From positions 1 to 18,280 of the forward strand of contig JBBSJT010000042.1 in the NCBI GenBank assembly GCA_038257035.1: a DNA stretch of 18,280 bases, written 5' to 3'. A model generated the notes under the pieces. It was not told the origin of the DNA, did not search any database, and saw only the letters and a list, made by a program, of their open reading frames with translations. The stretch comes from Chlamydiia bacterium (lineage in GTDB: Bacteria; Chlamydiota; Chlamydiia; Chlamydiales; Parachlamydiaceae). The stretch's first letter is position 1. Each line of letters begins with the position of its first letter. The translations under genes were made by a program, and so were the position numbers. Below are positions 15,804 to 18,280 of the stretch, piece by piece.

Positions 15804-18182
15804 TTAGTAGGGCCAAATCCAGTCACGGATTTCAGGAATGTCATCACCATGTTCTCTGATATAATGTTTATGTTCTACAAGCTTATTTTCACATAAATCG
15901 CGCAAGTAACCGCGATCTTTTGCAAATCTTGGAATACGTTCAACAACATCGAGGGCTAAGTGATAACGATCCAGATGATTTAAAACCACCATATCAAATG
16001 GGGTAGTCGTTGTTCCCTCTTCAATATAGCCACGAACATGTATATTATCGTGATTATGTCTTTTGTAGGTCAATCTATGAATCAGCCAAGGATATCCATG
16101 GAAGGCAAAGATGACCGGTTTATCGGACGGGAAAAGATCATCATAATCGTTATCAGATAAACCATGAGGATGCTCATGTGGCATTTGCAGGGTCATTAAA
16201 TCAATCACGTTGATCATGCGTATTTTAATGGAGGGAACGTTTTTTCTTAAAATATCAATTGCCGCCAATGTTTCAAGGGTAGGAACGTCTCCAGCACATA
16301 CCATAATTACATCGGTCTCTTCACCAAAATCATTGCTTGCAAAACGCCATATGCCAATTCCTTTTGTGCAATGCTGAATGGCAGCATCCTTGTCAAGGTA
16401 TTGCAAAGCAGGTTGTTTTCCTGCAATAATTACGTTGATGTTATTTCGGCTTTTTAGGCAATGGTCTGTGACGGCAAGTAATGTATTGGCATCAGGCGGA
16501 AGATAAATTCTGACTACTTCCCCTTTTTTATTGACGGCAACGTCAATAAATCCTGGATCCTGATGAGAAAAACCATTATGATCTTGGCGCCACACATGGG
16601 AGGTTAAAAAATAATTGAGGGAAGCAATCGGACGTCTCCAGGAAATATGCCGTGTCGTTTGTAACCATTTGGCATGTTGATTAAACATGGAGTCGACAAT
16701 ATGAATAAAAGCTTCATAACATGAGAAAAATCCATGACGTCCAGTAAGAAGGTAACCTTCCAGCCAACCTTGACACATATGTTCGCTTAAAACTTCCATC
16801 ACGCGCCCATCTTTTGACAAATTGGTGTCATACTCGTAAATATCGGCCATAAAAACCCTGTCCGTTACTTTAAACAGATCAGAAAGCCGATTGGATGCTG
16901 TTTCATCAGGTCCCATGACTCTAAAATTTTTGGCTGTCATGTTGAGTTTCATGATTTCTGTAAGATAGCTACCTAATACACGTGCCGATTCAACAGTAAC
17001 AGTTCCCGGTCTCTTGACATCGATGGTAAAGTCTTTAAAGTTTGGCATACGAAGATCTTTTAATAAAATACCCCCGTTGGCATGTGGGTTTGCCCCCATT
17101 CTACGGTTGCCTTTAGGTGCAAGTTCGGCAAATTCTTCAAACAACTTCCCATCATTATCAAATAGCTCTTCGGGTCTATAGCTTTTTAGCCATGCTTCAA
17201 GTAGTGCTAAGTGATCATTGTTTTTACCGATTTCTGAAAAAGGAACCTGGTGCGAGCGCCAAAAATCTTCGGTTTTAAGGGTATCAACATCTCTTGGGCC
17301 GGTCCAGCCTTTAGGAGTTTTTAAAATGATCATGGGCCATTTTGGATAGGTTTTAATACCATTTTGACGCGCATCTTGCTGAATGGATCGAATTTCTGCT
17401 ACTACTTTATCCAAAGTCATAGCCATTAATTGATGTGCATCTTTAGGATCGCTGCCCTCCACGAAATAGGGCTTATATCCGTAGCCTAGCATCAAATCTT
17501 CAAGTTCGGATTTTGGGATTCGGGCTAAAAAGCTTGGATTGGCAATTTTGTAGCCGTTGAGGTGTAAAATCGGTAAAACGGCGCCATCCCTTTCTGGGTT
17601 TAAAAATTTATTGGAATGCCAGCTACCGGCAAGTGGGCCCGTTTCAGCTTCACCATCTCCGATAACAGTGCATGCAATAAGATCAGGATTATCAAAAACA
17701 GCACCATAAGCATGAGCGATTACGTAACCAAGCTCGCCCCCTTCATGGATTGATCCTGGGGTTTCAGGAGCAACGTGGCTTGGAATACCTCCGGGAAAAG
17801 AAAATTGCTTGAATAGTTTTTGCATTCCGAAAGTATCTTCTGAAATATTTGGGTAGACTTCGCTGTAAGTGCCTTCTAAATAAACGTTTGCAACAATTCC
17901 AGGCCCGCCGTGACCAGGGCCTGCCAAATAGATCATATCCAAATCATATTTTTTTATGATCCGATTCATATGAACATATATAAAGTTTAGCCCGGGTGTT
18001 GTTCCCCAGTGACCCAAAAGTCTTGGCTTAACATCTGATATTTCTAAAGGTTCTTTAAGGAGGGGATTGTCTAACAAATAAATTTGACCGACCGAAAGGT
18101 AATTGGCGGCTCTGAAGTAGGCATCAATTTTCCGAAGTTCTTCGCTGTCTAGCATTTGGTCTGTCTTATCTTCAAATTCCAT
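15804..18182 (-). CDS. xfp: Xylulose-5-phosphate/fructose-6-phosphate phosphoketolase
   Basis: [31 protein letters not shown], the [11 protein letters not shown] motif and [21 protein letters not shown] favours ATG 18182. Confidence 0.96.
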   Translation of the reverse strand: MEFEDKTDQMLDSEELRKIDAYFRAANYLSVGQIYLLDNPLLKEPLEISDVKPRLLGHWGTTPGLNFIYVHMNRIIKKYDLDMIYLAGPGHGGPGIVANVYLEGTYSEVYPNISEDTFGMQKLFKQFSFPGGIPSHVAPETPGSIHEGGELGYVIAHAYGAVFDNPDLIACTVIGDGEAETGPLAGSWHSNKFLNPERDGAVLPILHLNGYKIANPSFLARIPKSELEDLMLGYGYKPYFVEGSDPKDAHQLMAMTLDKVVAEIRSIQQDARQNGIKTYPKWPMIILKTPKGWTGPRDVDTLKTEDFWRSHQVPFSEIGKNNDHLALLEAWLKSYRPEELFDNDGKLFEEFAELAPKGNRRMGANPHANGGILLKDLRMPNFKDFTIDVKRPGTVTVESARVLGSYLTEIMKLNMTAKNFRVMGPDETASNRLSDLFKVTDRVFMADIYEYDTNLSKDGRVMEVLSEHMCQGWLEGYLLTGRHGFFSCYEAFIHIVDSMFNQHAKWLQTTRHISWRRPIASLNYFLTSHVWRQDHNGFSHQDPGFIDVAVNKKGEVVRIYLPPDANTLLAVTDHCLKSRNNINVIIAGKQPALQYLDKDAAIQHCTKGIGIWRFASNDFGEETDVIMVCAGDVPTLETLAAIDILRKNVPSIKIRMINVIDLMTLQMPHEHPHGLSDNDYDDLFPSDKPVIFAFHGYPWLIHRLTYKRHNHDNIHVRGYIEEGTTTTPFDMVVLNHLDRYHLALDVVERIPRFAKDRGYLRDLCENKLVEHKHYIREHGDDIPEIRDWIWPY

Positions 18183-18280
18183 ACCACCTCCAAAAAAATA
18201 CATAAATTGTAGCGTAGGTTTTAACTTAGCGATGTTTTTAACTGGTTTTAACCCGTTTTCTAGGTTAAGCAGGTTAAAAC

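Overview
AT-rich bacterial chromosome segment, almost certainly from an environmental Chlamydiota member: the IHF and AccA sequences and the ihfA - YkuD/LysM protein - accA - msbA order match what I recall for chlamydiae. The left half (150-9821) is housekeeping: DUF151 nuclease, rpiA, Nif3, a basic hypothetical protein, tyrS, ihfA, an L,D-transpeptidase-like protein, accA, msbA and queC. The right half (9909-15426) is an accessory, effector-like island: three paralogs of an unrecognised ~130-143 aa family, a GH76 glycoside hydrolase, a NUDT6-like Nudix hydrolase with a presequence-like N-terminus, and a PTPMT1-like phosphatase lacking its catalytic Cys and Arg. A convergent phosphoketolase (xfp) closes the window. 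The main non-coding signal is a set of long intergenic palindromes (150-255 bp) in three sequence-unrelated families that share one design: arms of ~9-nt-period tandem repeats facing each other, sitting just 3' of genes. One family occurs three times. No rRNA, tRNA, CRISPR array or transposase was seen. All calls come from motif reading by eye; no database searches were run.
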